A DNA stretch of 61,431 nucleotides from Catajapyx aquilonaris (taxonomy: Eukaryota). The DNA is taken from positions 1-61,431 of the forward strand of contig KZ538570.1 of the NCBI GenBank assembly GCA_000934665.2, in the 5' to 3' direction. Shown in pieces: positions 34,831 through 48,263 of this stretch; position 1 is the first letter of the stretch; each line of letters begins with the position of its first letter. A model generated the notes under the pieces. It did no database searches. It was not told where the DNA came from and worked only from the letters and a program-made list of their open reading frames with translations. The translations under genes were made by a program, and so were the position numbers.

Positions 34831-37800
34831 GCATAACTTGGTGTCCAAATTGGCAGGGTTTCTGTACATGAAGCGACCGCATTTTTGTTTATTTATATAG
34901 TGGTATTTATTTATTTAATGGATTTGTTTTTAGTGCAGTCAGATATAGTTGGGGCAGTGATTGCGGGCCCGGAGAGAGTTTTGTCCGGGGTCTGCATGAT
35001 GCCGGGGCCTTGCTTTCTCGCCTGAGATCAATACCTCTGCTGCCTTCCTTAGCAGCTTGATGGAATCGGGGAGGTGGGTGGATAGGGTGGGATAAGTACA
35101 GGGTGGGGTCAGGGGGTCAACACATTTTTTTTATTCTTCAAAAAAAAATATAGGTGGGGGGGATCTGTTATATGGGCAACTTGTGGCTTCAATATCACGC
35201 CTTGTGGTCAGCCCTGGCAAAGTGACCACCTCCGATGTCCTCTGCGGGGGTCACCTTTTACATCTGGAGGATTGCGGAAATAGAGCTGGCTTCAGGGGTG
35301 GGCCAGCTCCATTGTTGAACAGTTTTTTCCCCCCCAAAAAATAGAGACGCGGTTTTACGTACGTGACGGGATTTTATCCGGTGAAATAGACACGTCCGTG
35401 ACTTTCAGGAAGTGTCGTCCGGATTCATTATCGCAGCGGGAGTGTGCGGCTTCTGATAAGATAGCATGTGTTTTTTTTCCATCTCTCTAAGTGTGTGTCT
35501 ATGTTATGTCCACGTGGGTTGGGGGGTCAGGACTGTCGGGTCACGCTCTCCTGACTCGCAACACAATGCCGATTCAAATTGGGAGCGCTCCGGAATAGGC
35601 CATTATGTACACTCGCCCAATAATAATAATAAAAAACAACCACTTAATAAAGCGACTGTAAAAATAATAACATCCCGTCGCATAGTTTTGCACAGAAAAA
35701 AATATATGCACGGATCAATGAGGGATCCCGATGGTGGGGGAGGTGAAATCAATCAATGTCGAGACAAATAATATGAATCTGGTGATGCGGAGGTAATGTC
35801 ACTGTCACAGCCAGACAAGTAGGCTGAGCCTGAATAAACCTCAACCGAGAGGGAACGTCACTTTCCATCATGAAAGTCGTAACTGTTGCGTATATTATGC
35901 CTCGGATCTCTTTTTTTTCTTCTCTCCTTTTTCTATATTGTGGGGGGTCGGAGAAGTTGACGTAAGTGTTACGGAGTTGCTGTTTGGTACACGTGGGCAT
36001 GTGCCAGGCCTAGTTTTAAAAAAACGGCGTAGTTTTGGCAGTATGCAAATTATAGCGAAATGAGGTCCGGTTGTGCATGAATTGAAGACCATTTTGGAGT
36101 CGAATTATTGACATAGAAATTGTGCAATATGCAGTCTTTTTATTTGCCAAATAAATATGGCCACGAATTGCATTCCAATAATAATCAATTTAAGTTGTGA
36201 CCTCTATAAATGATGATGACAGGTTAATTCAAAACAATGCAAAAACATTAGCCTAAAACGTGCCGAATCACTTATTCGCACAGTTACAGCCATTTGAATA
36301 TCCTTTATTTCCTATTGTATTGGAAGCTGATAACTGTTATGGTAAGCTAATAGTTGAAGTACACATTTGCATGCATATTGCACACAGGCCTAAATAATTG
36401 CTTCATTGTAAACACTTGCAAGGTTTATTAATTTGTTAATGGCAGTGCAGACCTATAGGCAGCAGCCGGGTTTGTGCAAAAAAAAGGCGTTAAGACACTT
36501 TTTGAGATAAGCGCGAAAAACTTGTGCTAAATTCACTTTTAACCTGAGCAATATCAGAGATGATTTTTTTTGGATCCGCTCTCGACTGTTTCATATTTTC
36601 GCAAAAAAAATTGTGACTTAATTTTTGCATATAACGTTTCGGTGAATTTACAGTGCGTACAACACATTGCCTGCAGCCTGAATGACGCAACACACTTTGA
36701 TTCTCCAGCCTCGTCGTTACCATGACCACACTTTCGTCAACCGCATCCCCGGCCCACTTTTTCTGCCAATTATTTGGCTTAAAATATAACATCCAACCCG
36801 TGTTTGCGAAAATGCAGTTATTGCATGTCTTATATATTTGGCAGGACATTTCCCTAAGGTGAAGCGTGATTTGCAGGGGGACTCGTCGCTATAGGATTTG
36901 GCGGCTCACTCTCGCCTCCGTCGCCCGGGAAATGCTGGCCAACGACGCCCCCCCTCTTTGCTTTTTTTTTTTTTTTGCAATTACATAATATTGCATGTAC
37001 TTATACGTGTAAGTAGGGCCTCCCTGGAGGGATGTGTTGGTTAGGTGGTCCTGTCACGCTGGCAGAACATTTTTTTGGATCTGGGCCATCCATGGTCCTA
37101 GACAAGATGGATCAGGATTCTTGCCAGAGACTAACGAGATGTGAAAGGGGCGGGGGTGGATGTGGAAAAGGGGGGGGGGGGGAAGGAGGAGAAGGGAAGA
37201 AAATGAGGGAGGAATAATCGGAAACATGTTGAGATAGTTGAGCAAATTGAAAAGTCAAACTGACGCTTGTATATATATGATTTAAGGCGCGGTTATAAAT
37301 GCGGGTGATTCCAGAGTCCAGGCCTATTATTAGGCGTTATATGCGCTGACTGGCGGGTATGAGTAATTGCAATAATTCATTTGCGCTGTTTAAAAATTTA
37401 TGTGCGCTCACGCTATTATGCTGTCCATGACTAAAATGTGTGTGTGCGAGGAAGGAGAAAAGCGATGATCCATGATGTAATGTTTCTATCTATTCTGCAC
37501 TGATGATCAAGTATACATATACGAAGGGCATGCACTGTGTATAAATGTGCAGTAAAACCTTGCTTTTATCGGAATCACTCCGTTCTAAACAGGTTCTTGT
37601 TATATGAAAAATATACATCAACGATTGAATCAAATAACTTTGTATTATGTATAGGTCCGAAGTAAACAATGCTCATATAAAGATAGGCCTAAGCGATTTT
37701 TTAAAAAAATTAGTCCCCATGATGAATGGCCCGTTATTATCATATAACAACATAGTAAACAACCCAATTTAATTTTTAAAAACATTCTGGGAAGCTGCCT

Positions 37801-40107
37801 AATGTTATTAAGTAGTATTACCGAATTTAAACGGCTCAAATTAGCCAACGTCTCTGAATTGTGTCCGCTGGATTAGATGCACTAAATTCAGTCCATATCA
37901 CCCTGAAAAAAATATATATAATCAGTGTGGATGTGTTATCAGCATATGAGACTTATATAGCTGCATTATGCGATGTATAGGCCATCGCTGCTGCAGCATA
38001 GAGGTGTTGATGGAATATTTAATGTGTCAAACGTCCTGAATTACAGCGCAGCATATATAATAGCCCGCTCGTCATATAAGCGTGATGTGTTATGGCTGCC
38101 AGTTTATATACTGGAAAATAAATTTTGATGGCTGCAGACCTTCATGTACTTGTATATATACGTATCCAGCACATATACCGGATGTGTAATAAACTGTATA
38201 GTTATTCTTTCGTTTGAAATGTTTTGAAGTCGTTGTCACATTCTCGAGCGAATTTCAGTCACCTTTTTAAGGCCTGGTTGTTAAATTTGTGCGTCCCCAG
38301 GGCTTTGCGCAGCTGTGAATGTTTCTGAAAATTAGGACTTTTAGCATAATTATGCTGCCCAGAGTTACATGTTGCGTATACAGGACCCTGTGAATTGCTG
38401 AAGTTTACCTGGTGGCGCCTTTGCCCAACTTGGCGAATTTACAGTGGGCCCAACAGTCTTACACTGCATGGGAGTTGCATTAATTAACTGCTTTTATATA
38501 GTGTTATTTTTTTTGCACACACTAAACAGTCGTTTGCAAAAATATTGCAATGCAACTTGATACTGGCCGTTTCAGTATTTTGACAACCGTAATAAAGTTT
38601 CGCTTTCCATGCTATTTTAACACCAGCGATTATTTTTTTTTGGGAGGATATGCGCATGAAGGGATATATTAAAACCGATATTATTTTAGGCGGCATGTAA
38701 AAGTTACCTTGTTATTAATGAGGTGCCGATGTCACTTTTGCATTTACACTGAAAACTGCAAACGCATATTCAGGCGCATGAAATATTCCCCAAAATTGTA
38801 TGCGCCTATATTTTAATTAATTTGGAATATTCAGTGTGTAACGCTTACTTTCAGCACCATATAATTTGTGGCTTTGTCATTATGGCCAAAAATCTCTTGC
38901 AGTATTATTCTTATGCACAAACACTTGCATGTACTGTAGTACATCAGTGCAATTAACTCAATTTGACTAGGTTATCACTCGGACAATTAGGTTCATAAAT
39001 GTACAAAATTCCCAGAAAATTATCTACTTGCACAGTAACCGCATCACGCCATTACGCAATTGTACAATTATTACAGAATTTCTGACCGGTCTCATTGCAG
39101 TTGACGTACCCATTATAATCATTATGCATCGTGCCATTACTTTGTGGGGAAACGCAACCCGTTACGCCGATTCAAATTATGCAAGCGAAGGTTGCAATGG
39201 AATGTTCAGAATAAATATAAAAACAAATAACGGAATATCACCTTAGCAAGGTATAGAGCACACCCTTGCTGTCATGGTGAGATAAGTGACCTGTCCCTGG
39301 TCTTTTTTAGTCTCCTATACACTCGACAAGGAAAAAGGGACGTAAAAGTGTGTAAACAAAAATCTGTCCTTGCTTGTCTTTTTTAGTGTCGGCACGCAGT
39401 CAATATATAAATATATGTACATGAGAAAAAAGGCTATGGAAGATAAGACGAGGCTTTGTCTTGCCGGTGATATAGCTGTGTCAAGAGATAGCTTTAATCC
39501 GGACCGGCGTCCCTTTTTGTCACCTGCGCGCAGTTGTCGACCGCATTCGTCCTGGATAAAAAAATGGGGGACTGTAATAAGTTGTCGTGATTCCACGTCC
39601 CCAAAAAAAGACCCCCACAACCCACCGATAGTCCGGTCCCCATTTTCTCGCGTGACAAGCGGACAAGTCACGAAGACGACGCCCATTTCCAAGACTGCAA
39701 CTCGTGTGTGTGTGTGTTAGGGCGACATGAGAAAATGAAACGAATCTAGGCGACTCCCCGATATTAATTCCCATATGTATATGCTGCACTGTAAACGCTC
39801 GCCCGTTAAATATCGCTCTGGGGGCCCTTTTGTGCTGTGTGTGTGCATGGAGATATGTTATATGAAACACATTTTGAGACACCCTGTAACCTAGATTATG
39901 AGATGTGGCAACAACGCAGGGTCGCAACTTTGTCCCCGCATAATCCGAGTAAAGTCCCATCAGCCTTGAGGGAGTTGACTGTCGACACCTTCAGAGATAA
40001 GCGTGTCGTCAAAAACTGTGCCTGTGATGCGCAGGCCTTGTCAAACCTATAATTATCGCAACCTAATCAATTCGCGCCTCTTCGACCTCAATCGTCACCT
40101 GCTTGTC

Positions 40108-40810
40108 AACGCTGGATAGGTGAGCCCAGTTTCTCCAACATTTAACCGGCCGTTAAGGACGTATAGGTTAGGTTGTTGACATTATATTCCTCACCATGTT
40201 GTGAAGTTAACTTCACTGCATGGCAGTTAAGCATGGTGGGTAAAAATGAGATTTTAAAGGCCCAGTTTCTCCTACATTTAACCGGTCGTTAAGAACGTAG
40301 GTTAGGTTAGGTCAGGAATATTCCTCGCCGTGTTGGGAAGTTAACTTCACAACATGGCAGTTAAGCATATGGGTAAAAAAAAATCAGATTTTAAACGCGC
40401 TGGATAGGTGTGCCCAGTTTCTCCAACATTTAACTGGCCGTTAAGGACGTAGGTTAGGTTAGGTTGCTGACATTGTGAGGAACATGACAACATGGCAGTT
40501 AAGCATGGGTTTAAAAAATCAGATTTTAAACGCGCTGGATAGGTGTGCCCAGTTTCTCCAACATTTAACCGGTCGTTAAGAACGTAGGTTAGGTTAGGTT
40601 GTTGACTGTCAGGAATATTCCTCGCCGTGTTGTGAAGTTAACTTCACAACTTGGCAGTTAAGCATGGGTTTAAAAAATCAGATTTTAAACGCGCTGGATA
40701 GGTGTGCCCAGTTTCTCCAACATTTAACTGGCCGTTAAGGACGTAGGTTAGGTTAGGTTAGGTTGCTGACATTGTGAGGAACATCACAACATGGGCGGTT
40801 AAGCATGGGG
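40108..40810 (+). repeat. Satellite with alternating ~134/~159-bp units containing (GGTTA)n, abutting an assembly gap
   Basis: Five GCCCAGTTTCTCC..CATTTAAC units that alternate GCCGTTAAGGACGT and GTCGTTAAGAACGT variants, with an internal palindrome GTTGTGAAGTTAACTTCACAAC. Confidence 0.9.
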
Positions 40811-40811
40811 G

Positions 40812-40882
40812 NNNNNNNNNNNNNNNNNNNNNNNNNNNNNNNNNNNNNNNNNNNNNNNNNNNNNNNNNNNNNNNNNNNNNNN
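40812..40882. other. Assembly gap (N run)
   Basis: Run of Ns flanked by G tracts. Confidence 0.99.
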
Positions 40883-43800
40883 GGGGGGGGTCTGACTTTA
40901 AATTGTTGATGCGACTCTTGAACTACGGTTAGCCCTATATAACCGTCTGTTAAAATCACCAAATGCAAAACCGCCCCGCAGCCATGTTTTTCCAGCTTAA
41001 TTCCAACGTGCCCAATATGCATAGCACGCAGACACACACACACACACACTCAACATATGGAAGTGCACATAATGTGAGGCACGCCACGGCGACAGGGCTG
41101 CCAACCTATATATACGCCCGGATTTAAGGGTGGGGACCAAAGTGGGGGGGATGGAGAGGAGGGGAGGAGGAGGAGGAGGGTGGACATGAAATAATTGCCA
41201 GTGTCATGATTACGGGTAGTACTGCAGGGCTGGCATTTCGCAATCGATCAAACGCTGTGCTGCTGCGAGAAAAGAATGCTGATTAACCAGCACCCACAGG
41301 CCCCAACATGCTATAGCATACGGACTATCGCCACTCGTATTTTAAATCTCCGTTTAAAGTTAACAGACTCGGGTTATCTATAACCACAACAATATTCGAA
41401 TAGGGATTGTCGTGCGGTGTAGTCACCGGGCTTAATAGCTGCTATAAAGAAATATAATATATAAATAGCGGTATGTATAGCGAACGACCGTTATTAGCAC
41501 AGCTGCTACTAGTAGCTTAATAGCTAAGTGAAGAAGCTAAATAAATAGCTAAATGAGCAGCAGCTGCTAAATTTTGCAGCGAGTTATTATACTCAAATTT
41601 TTGTTTATTTGTTTACCCTTTGAATGCTGGAGGAGTCAAATTGTTATTGTCTAATAAAAAGTAGCCTTAATAGAACCGGTCATAACCGGGTTTTTTTTTA
41701 TCAATAACGTATTTCATTTGTTGTATTTATTTTTATTCTACATACCGTACCGTATATATTTTGTTTATTGTTGATAAGATTCTAAGATTAGCCCAAAATT
41801 ATCAGCCCGCGAGGAAATTAGCTTCGGCTGATTATCAGTTGCTGCTGATTTAGGCCGCTTTTTAAACTAGCTGCTAATGTTGCTATTCGCTGCTAAATTT
41901 AGCGGTGGTTACTAATATAATAATTAGCTGTTTTCACAGTGCGTTGGTTGTGCGGCTGGACACAAAATGACCGCGCTGGAATAATTAAATGTGGGCTTTG
42001 AAAGTGATATGTTCGGGAGCAGGTCATTTTTTTTAAAAACTAACCTGCACCTATCCACACCCTGATTTAACTGACGCATGCGCGATGATGACGTTTGTCC
42101 AAATTGCAGGTTATATAATTGAAGCCAATTGTGGAGTTGAATGACACTGTAATCCCAGCTCTTGTTGGTTTGACGGAAGTTTCTCTTCATACTTTTTTTA
42201 AAAAAATTTTAAAGTGGGTTGGAAGGCGATTTTATTTTTAACGGGGCGCGTCCGATTTTTTTTTTGCAAGTTGGCGGGCTAAACCCCCCCCCCCCCCACC
42301 TCCTATTTTTAATGGGGTAATTAATGCGGGCTTCCCCAAAAATTTAGGAGGAGTTTAGTATTGCTGGTGGCCCGCGATAAAAGCGTCAGGTTTAATTAAG
42401 CGTGTTTAATGTTCGGGTTTAAGGTCCGGAGCGGGGAGCGCTGTTAAATAGGTTTATCGATATGTGTGTATGTCAAGGGGAGAGAGAAAAATGCTAGTTT
42501 AGTAAGCGCCTCTTGGAGTAAACAGTGCTGATGTCCAGCTGCCGTAAAGTTGACCAGAACGTGCCAGAACGTGCCGGTTCGTGTCCGTTTGTGTACACGA
42601 TGCAAGCTCACACTCCAATTAAAAGAGAGCAGTGCGAAAAATTATGGAGACGGTACAACTCCAATTAAATACAAGCCAACTGTTTTATTGCATTATAGGG
42701 TACCTATATATTTAATGCCCATCCTTGTATTGTTACCGGCTTGTTTTAACAATATTATCTCGTTTGTTGGGGAAGGTGTTATATTACCAGGAAACACAAG
42801 CACGACCTCACATACATGTGAAGTAAATAGCAGGAAAGCCAGGAATACTTATAAACACAGAATGAACATTATATTTTAAAAATAATCTTAAGTAAATTAC
42901 CGTTTTAAAATATTCCTCAAAAGTAGACCGGCATAAAATGACCAAAAATGCTGAATTACATGAATAAAATAGGTAACAACATATTATACAGGTAGATCTA
43001 GCGGACTAAAAACCAGAACTAATAATGTTGAGGTAAAATAAGTTTAAAAAAATTAATATAAAGGCACAAGTACCATATTGAACACAAGCAGAAATAAAGT
43101 CAGTTATATGACATAAATAAAAATTATTAACTTCTGACTACACCTTATACAGGGAAAATATGTTGTTGTTGATGATGATGACGAATAAAAATTAATAGAT
43201 GTCTTATAGAACAAAAAATCACAGCATATGGAAAATAAATATGACAAATGAAATTAAATATAAATTATGAAAAAATACTGTGCATGACGTAAAAAAATGA
43301 CATAAATAAAATAACTGAAAGTTGTATAAATATTTTAAAATACTTTTCTGGCCGAATATGCACCGGCTAATTCTCCAGAAGTTCCATCTGGCTCGAACTG
43401 GGCATATCTGGACACGAAACGTGGTTGACCACTCTGTTCCCTATTCCTATTTAATACTCATCCCCAGACAACTCAGGTGACCAAATTAGAGGCCTAACAG
43501 CCGCAAAAAGCTTTTGAATGACACTCCAGCTTTTTATCCCCCCCCCTCTGATTCTTGAGAGACCACAGTTGGGGAAAAGTTGACAGTCGACACCCGTCAA
43601 CCAGACACCCAAACCTGCAATCAAGGGTCATTTTCGAGCAGTTTTTCGAGGATGGAAAGAGAGAGAGACCTATTGTTCCGGTGAGGGGGGGAAAGGTGGT
43701 CACAGGTGGACAGACGCCTTCTCATATGAATTGTTGATATGTGTGTGCATGTGCGTGGGAGGGGTGGCCCCAGGGCATCGTTGGCTAAACGGCCAGGGTC

Positions 43801-44794
43801 CTTTTATGCGCTTTTTAGTTAGGTGGTGGAAGGGGAGGGAGAAGTGTATTATGTGTGAGTGCAGTTTTGTGAAGAGAGGGAAGGAAAGGAGAGAGGGGGA
43901 GGGGGGGGGGGTTAACCTCCAGCACACCTTTTAAGCCAGAAAGCTTCACACGGATTGTGATAATCTTTGAGGAAGCTTTTCCCAGGTGGTTTGTTACTTA
44001 TTCATGGAGGGAGAGAGAGAGACGGAAAAGGAGGGGGGTTGCCAGATTGTGCACTTGTTGTGTATATACGGGTTGAAAAACAGGTCGATTTTTGTGTGTC
44101 CCCCCCCCTCTACCCCTTTCCCCACCCTCTTTTTCCTTCTTTTCATGCCACCCACGCTCAAGTGTCTGTTTTGACGGGTCCAGGAATAAACCTTTTATGG
44201 TTTTTTGCGTGCATGGAAGTAAATCAAGGGCGAAGACGTCCCCCCATAAGTGCGCGGCCGCCACCTTTTGCTCATGCTTGGTGATGGAGAGTCTTAATTA
44301 ATAAGAGGCGAGAAAGCAAACAAAGAAACGAGATGGTACCAGGGTGATGAATGAAAGTGCCTTCCTTATGGTGTGGGCAGTCACGAAGTCGCAAATATTA
44401 TTACTGCACTGGGAGGGCCCTGCCCAGTACATTATTCGAATTGGTGACAACTGCTAATTGATGAACATGTTCCCCTCAAAGCATAGGATTTACAGCGGTT
44501 TGTTAATGGGTACCCTGTATAGTAATCTTTAAGCACGGATCAAACCTGCTCCATATAATGATGCTGTCATTTCCCCCCTCCCTAAAATTTCCACCCCCGC
44601 AAACCCGAGGCGCCGGCGCCAGCTTCCGGTCCACAAGATGTCCCAAAAAAAACTCCCCCGAATCAATTCCAACCCCACAGCCCCTCCTTCTCTCCCCGGA
44701 TGAATTATAACCCTCCCCTCCCTTTCCTCCCTTGAAATTCTCCGGGTGTATTTTTCGGGGGTCTAAAAAGTCCGGTGTTGTGTCCCCCCGGCAG

Positions 44795-44904
44795 GAGAGG
44801 AGCGAGGTTCGTCGGGCATCATCAGCCCACGGCGCATGAGCGTCCGGGACGACCAATCGCCGCCCGTGACGTCCACCAACGGCGCTCCCTTGATGATGGA
44901 AGTG
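44795..44904 (+). CDS. Probable coding exon of an unidentified protein: (G)EERGSSGIISPRRMSVRDDQSPPVTSTNGAPLMMEV
   Basis: Acceptor TGTTGTGTCCCCCCGGCAG, consensus donor GTG/GTAAGT, and an open frame (phase 1 to 0) in which 30 of 36 codons end in G/C. No homolog recognised. An internal ATG at 44836 could be the start. Confidence 0.55.
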
Positions 44905-45807
44905 GTAAGTACCTTCAGGCTTTCCAGGGTAGGGGGGNCCCCCCCCCCCCCTCCCTCCTCTCTTAAAACACACACACACCCTCATACACGTAACACACAC
45001 ACTGGAAACAGAGATGGGGGGTAACCCACCCCCTGTACTACTCAGTCTCCGCGCTGAATGCATCGGGATATGAATCCGATGAGTATGTGGTGCTGTGTGA
45101 ATACAATGTGGGGTGGTGGTGAGGGTGTGAAGCACATGTACCGGTTGCTGTAGCTAGAGTCGACAAATGATTCTGGTCCAGGCGTCCATGGCCGAGCCGG
45201 GCTCTGCGAGGCTGGCTCCACTTAGCGTAAGTCACATATTAATACTTTAAACTAATTATTGCTGGGGTGAACAATCTGGCATGCTGCGGATGTGTCATTT
45301 AACTGGCGGTGTTGGCAGGTTCGGACACACCAGACTCGAAGCCCTTGGTGTTGATTCAGGTGTCCGGATTCCGGATCGACAGTCCCGCCTCCCACACACG
45401 CCTGTCTGCTGCTGTATACACACACTCACATGCTGGCAGGGGGGGAGAGAGAGTTGCCTGAATTGTGGAGCAAATCGTCACATTGTCAACTGGATATGGC
45501 TCCAACACGTGTTCGATACGGATACGGTTTCAGGCCCTCGGGGTTGATGGGAAACTGGGGTGGGTGGGTTTATATTGGACAGTTTCGCAGCCTTATTATT
45601 GGCGAATGGGCAGAATTCGCGATAGTGGATGACCTCTATAAAGGATTGACCGGCCTTGAAGCCCATATGTTGACCGCGGGCAGGTTAGAACGACAAATGT
45701 GCAGTGTATAGGCCAACACGTGGTTGCATATCCCTGCAAAATTGACGTGTATGGCCGTAATTATGTCACTAATGCAAAGTTTGCACATCAACCTCAAAAT
45801 CAGTGCA

Positions 45808-46435
45808 AAAGTTGTGCAAATTTTACAGAATTTTATTATGGTGAAGAGCATGCCATGCAAGGGATATATCGATTTTTTTTAAGTTAAATTCGCACTGAAC
45901 CTCGATGGCTATTGAGATTGAAAATCATATAGGTCTATAGTTAAAGTCTAATATGATTGGATACCTTGAAAATTAAGTTGCAAACTATTCAAAATTTGCA
46001 ACTACAAGGATTCATATCATTGGGTCGAATTTTCTCGTCCCACTGCTATAGTTACTGCTAACTTAGTATCTAGCAGTACTAGTGTTGGCACTGATATTTG
46101 CAGGAATGTCTCGAAAATATTTGCGTAAAATTCGCACATTCGTCGTACCGGTACCTCAAAGGCTAAAGTTGTGCAAATGTTCAAATTGTACTGAACTAAG
46201 GTGAAGAGCCATTTTTTGCAAGGATGCGAAATTTTTGAGTTAAATTCGCCTCGAAGGCTATTGAATGAGTGAAAAAAATTGTATTTATTTATTTATTTAA
46301 ATTTTCATTACCCCTGTGGGCTTTACAGAGCCTTTGGGGGGGAAATGAGTGAAAATCATACCAATATGATTGGGTATACCTTGAAAATTAAGCCGAAAAC
46401 TATTCAATAATTGCAACTACAATGATTAATATCAT
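45808..46435 (+). repeat. Old direct duplication (~210-bp block, two copies)
   Basis: AAAGTTGTGCAAAT..GGTGAAGAGC..GTTAAATTCGC..GGCTATTGA..TGAAAATCATA..AATATGATTGG..ATACCTTGAAAATTAAG..TTGCAACTACAA at ~45808-46020 and ~46165-46435. Confidence 0.8.
46276..46343 (-). mobile_element. 5'-truncated non-LTR retroelement 3' end with 12-bp TSD
   Basis: AATGAGTGAAAA is duplicated at 46264-46275 and 46344-46355. The minus strand reads CCCAAAGGCTCTGTAAAGCCCACAGGGGTAATGAAAATTT then (AAAT)n. The insert is absent from the paralogous block. Confidence 0.65.
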
Positions 46436-48208
46436 GAAGTGCTGAAACTAGGTGTAACTGTTGACCTATTATTGACCAACTCTTGCAAATTCTTATGAGA
46501 TCAGAAATAAGCGCGGATGTGAGAAGAAAATTCGTAATTACACGCACATGCTGCGGAAAAAGGTGTGCTTATGGCTGGGGTGTTGTAGAGAGAGAGAGAG
46601 AGTTGGAAGTGCGGGTATAGCACCAGCAAGTTGAGTGATGAGATTTGGTAGCATGTTGGCAGCATACAAAACCGGCATGAAGCAGGCTGGCAAGGCGGGG
46701 AATGGGGTAGGCTGCGGTCTGGACACCGGAGCGTGTATAAGCCCCCGGAGTTTGTGTTTTTGGGTTGGTTGGTCAGTTTTGCAAAACGTGAGAGAGAGGA
46801 GGGGGGGGGGATGGAATTGTTACCTTTTCCAAGCATCTCCATCTAGTGTGTGTGCTGTATATAGCACCACTCTCTGTACTATATAGAGCTCCTCCTCCCC
46901 ACCCTCCCTCTCCGAAATGAGTTGTCCGGAAGCGAAATGAAGCTCTTCGGCCGGATTTGCTCCGGACCCGCGCCTCCATTAGCGGCGCCGCGCCGAGTGG
47001 AATCCGCCAAATTGCTGGCAATTAGGAACGCGAGTGGTACATGAATTTTTCAGGCCCGGCACGGTGGGGAAAGGGGTGTGGGGAGGAGGGAAGGGGGGAG
47101 GATGAGGGAGGGTTTTGCGGAGCCCGCCTCCGGAGAAAGGTCCGGATCAGAGGTGGGAGGCAGCACAGTCAGACAATCCTATATTATACTGTACGATTTT
47201 AAGCACCAAAAAATTATGTAGATATGAAATTTCGCAAGTATCGCTGTCGTGGAATGTTCTCCGCAACTGTCTTTTGATATGCAAAAAAATTAAATGTGTG
47301 CCAGTTGTCACTATTGAAATTACAGGGGGTCTCTGGTGGCTTGTACAGATGCGTATTAAAACAGCAGGTTTTTTGAATGGGGGAAGAAAAGTAATATGGA
47401 AGAGGTGCTGCTGGGTTTATCATTCTCGCAGATGTTTGGCACGAATGGTGTTTCTGATGAATATAACTCGCCGTCCCGCCTTGAGTCGAGGAGCATACCT
47501 TCTCTCGGGAGCAATTGTGCGGAAATGTGGCACGACACGTCTGAGATGTCGTGAGCACCACCTGGGTCCCTGATACTCCTAACCCATCACTTGGTGCTTG
47601 GCAGGTATATAGGGTAACACCTGCCAAGAAGAAAAAAATAGAGAGAGATCTGGTTGCGCGATGTACCAAGGAATCGGCAGAAAAGAGGTAGGCCACACCG
47701 GACAACAATTTTTTGGGGAGGAAAAATAACAATTGTCCAAGGTTAGGTGATAGGTTAGTAGAACGTGGCATAAGATCCACAATTACATCTCATTCTCACA
47801 TTATCTTATTTTCGTGTTCATTTGCGAATTTCGTGTTTTGCTTGATCCCACTGCCCCGATGAAGTCTGTGACCGCCAGCACTTTTTTTTATTCATTCATC
47901 CTATACCTCCCTTAATTTTTTAAATAGGCGGAAAGGGGCGGAGCCCAGACAACAATGGCATTTGTTCGAGCCGGTCACCTCACCCCTATTGTTGCCCATT
48001 CCAACCCCCCCATCAGGAGGCATTTAATCAGCGCCAGGCAGTGCCAATTAGTCTCGCCGAGTCACCTTTTTTTCCCCCCCTTCAATATATATCCATCCGA
48101 AAAATTCCATTCTAAAACCACACCATTGATTGATGCTGTGATGCGCGACATCTTCACTTAATCGTGAAAAAAATTCCGCATCCTCCCTTCCGGGAATATC
48201 CGGATGTA

Positions 48209-48263
48209 CAGGGTGGTGCATAGCTTCCATTTTTAAAATTGCTGACTTTTTTGCACCATCCTG
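48209..48263. mobile_element. 55-bp mariner-like mini-MITE, TA TSD
   Basis: TA-CAGGGTGGTGCA ... TGCACCATCCTG-TA. Confidence 0.7.
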
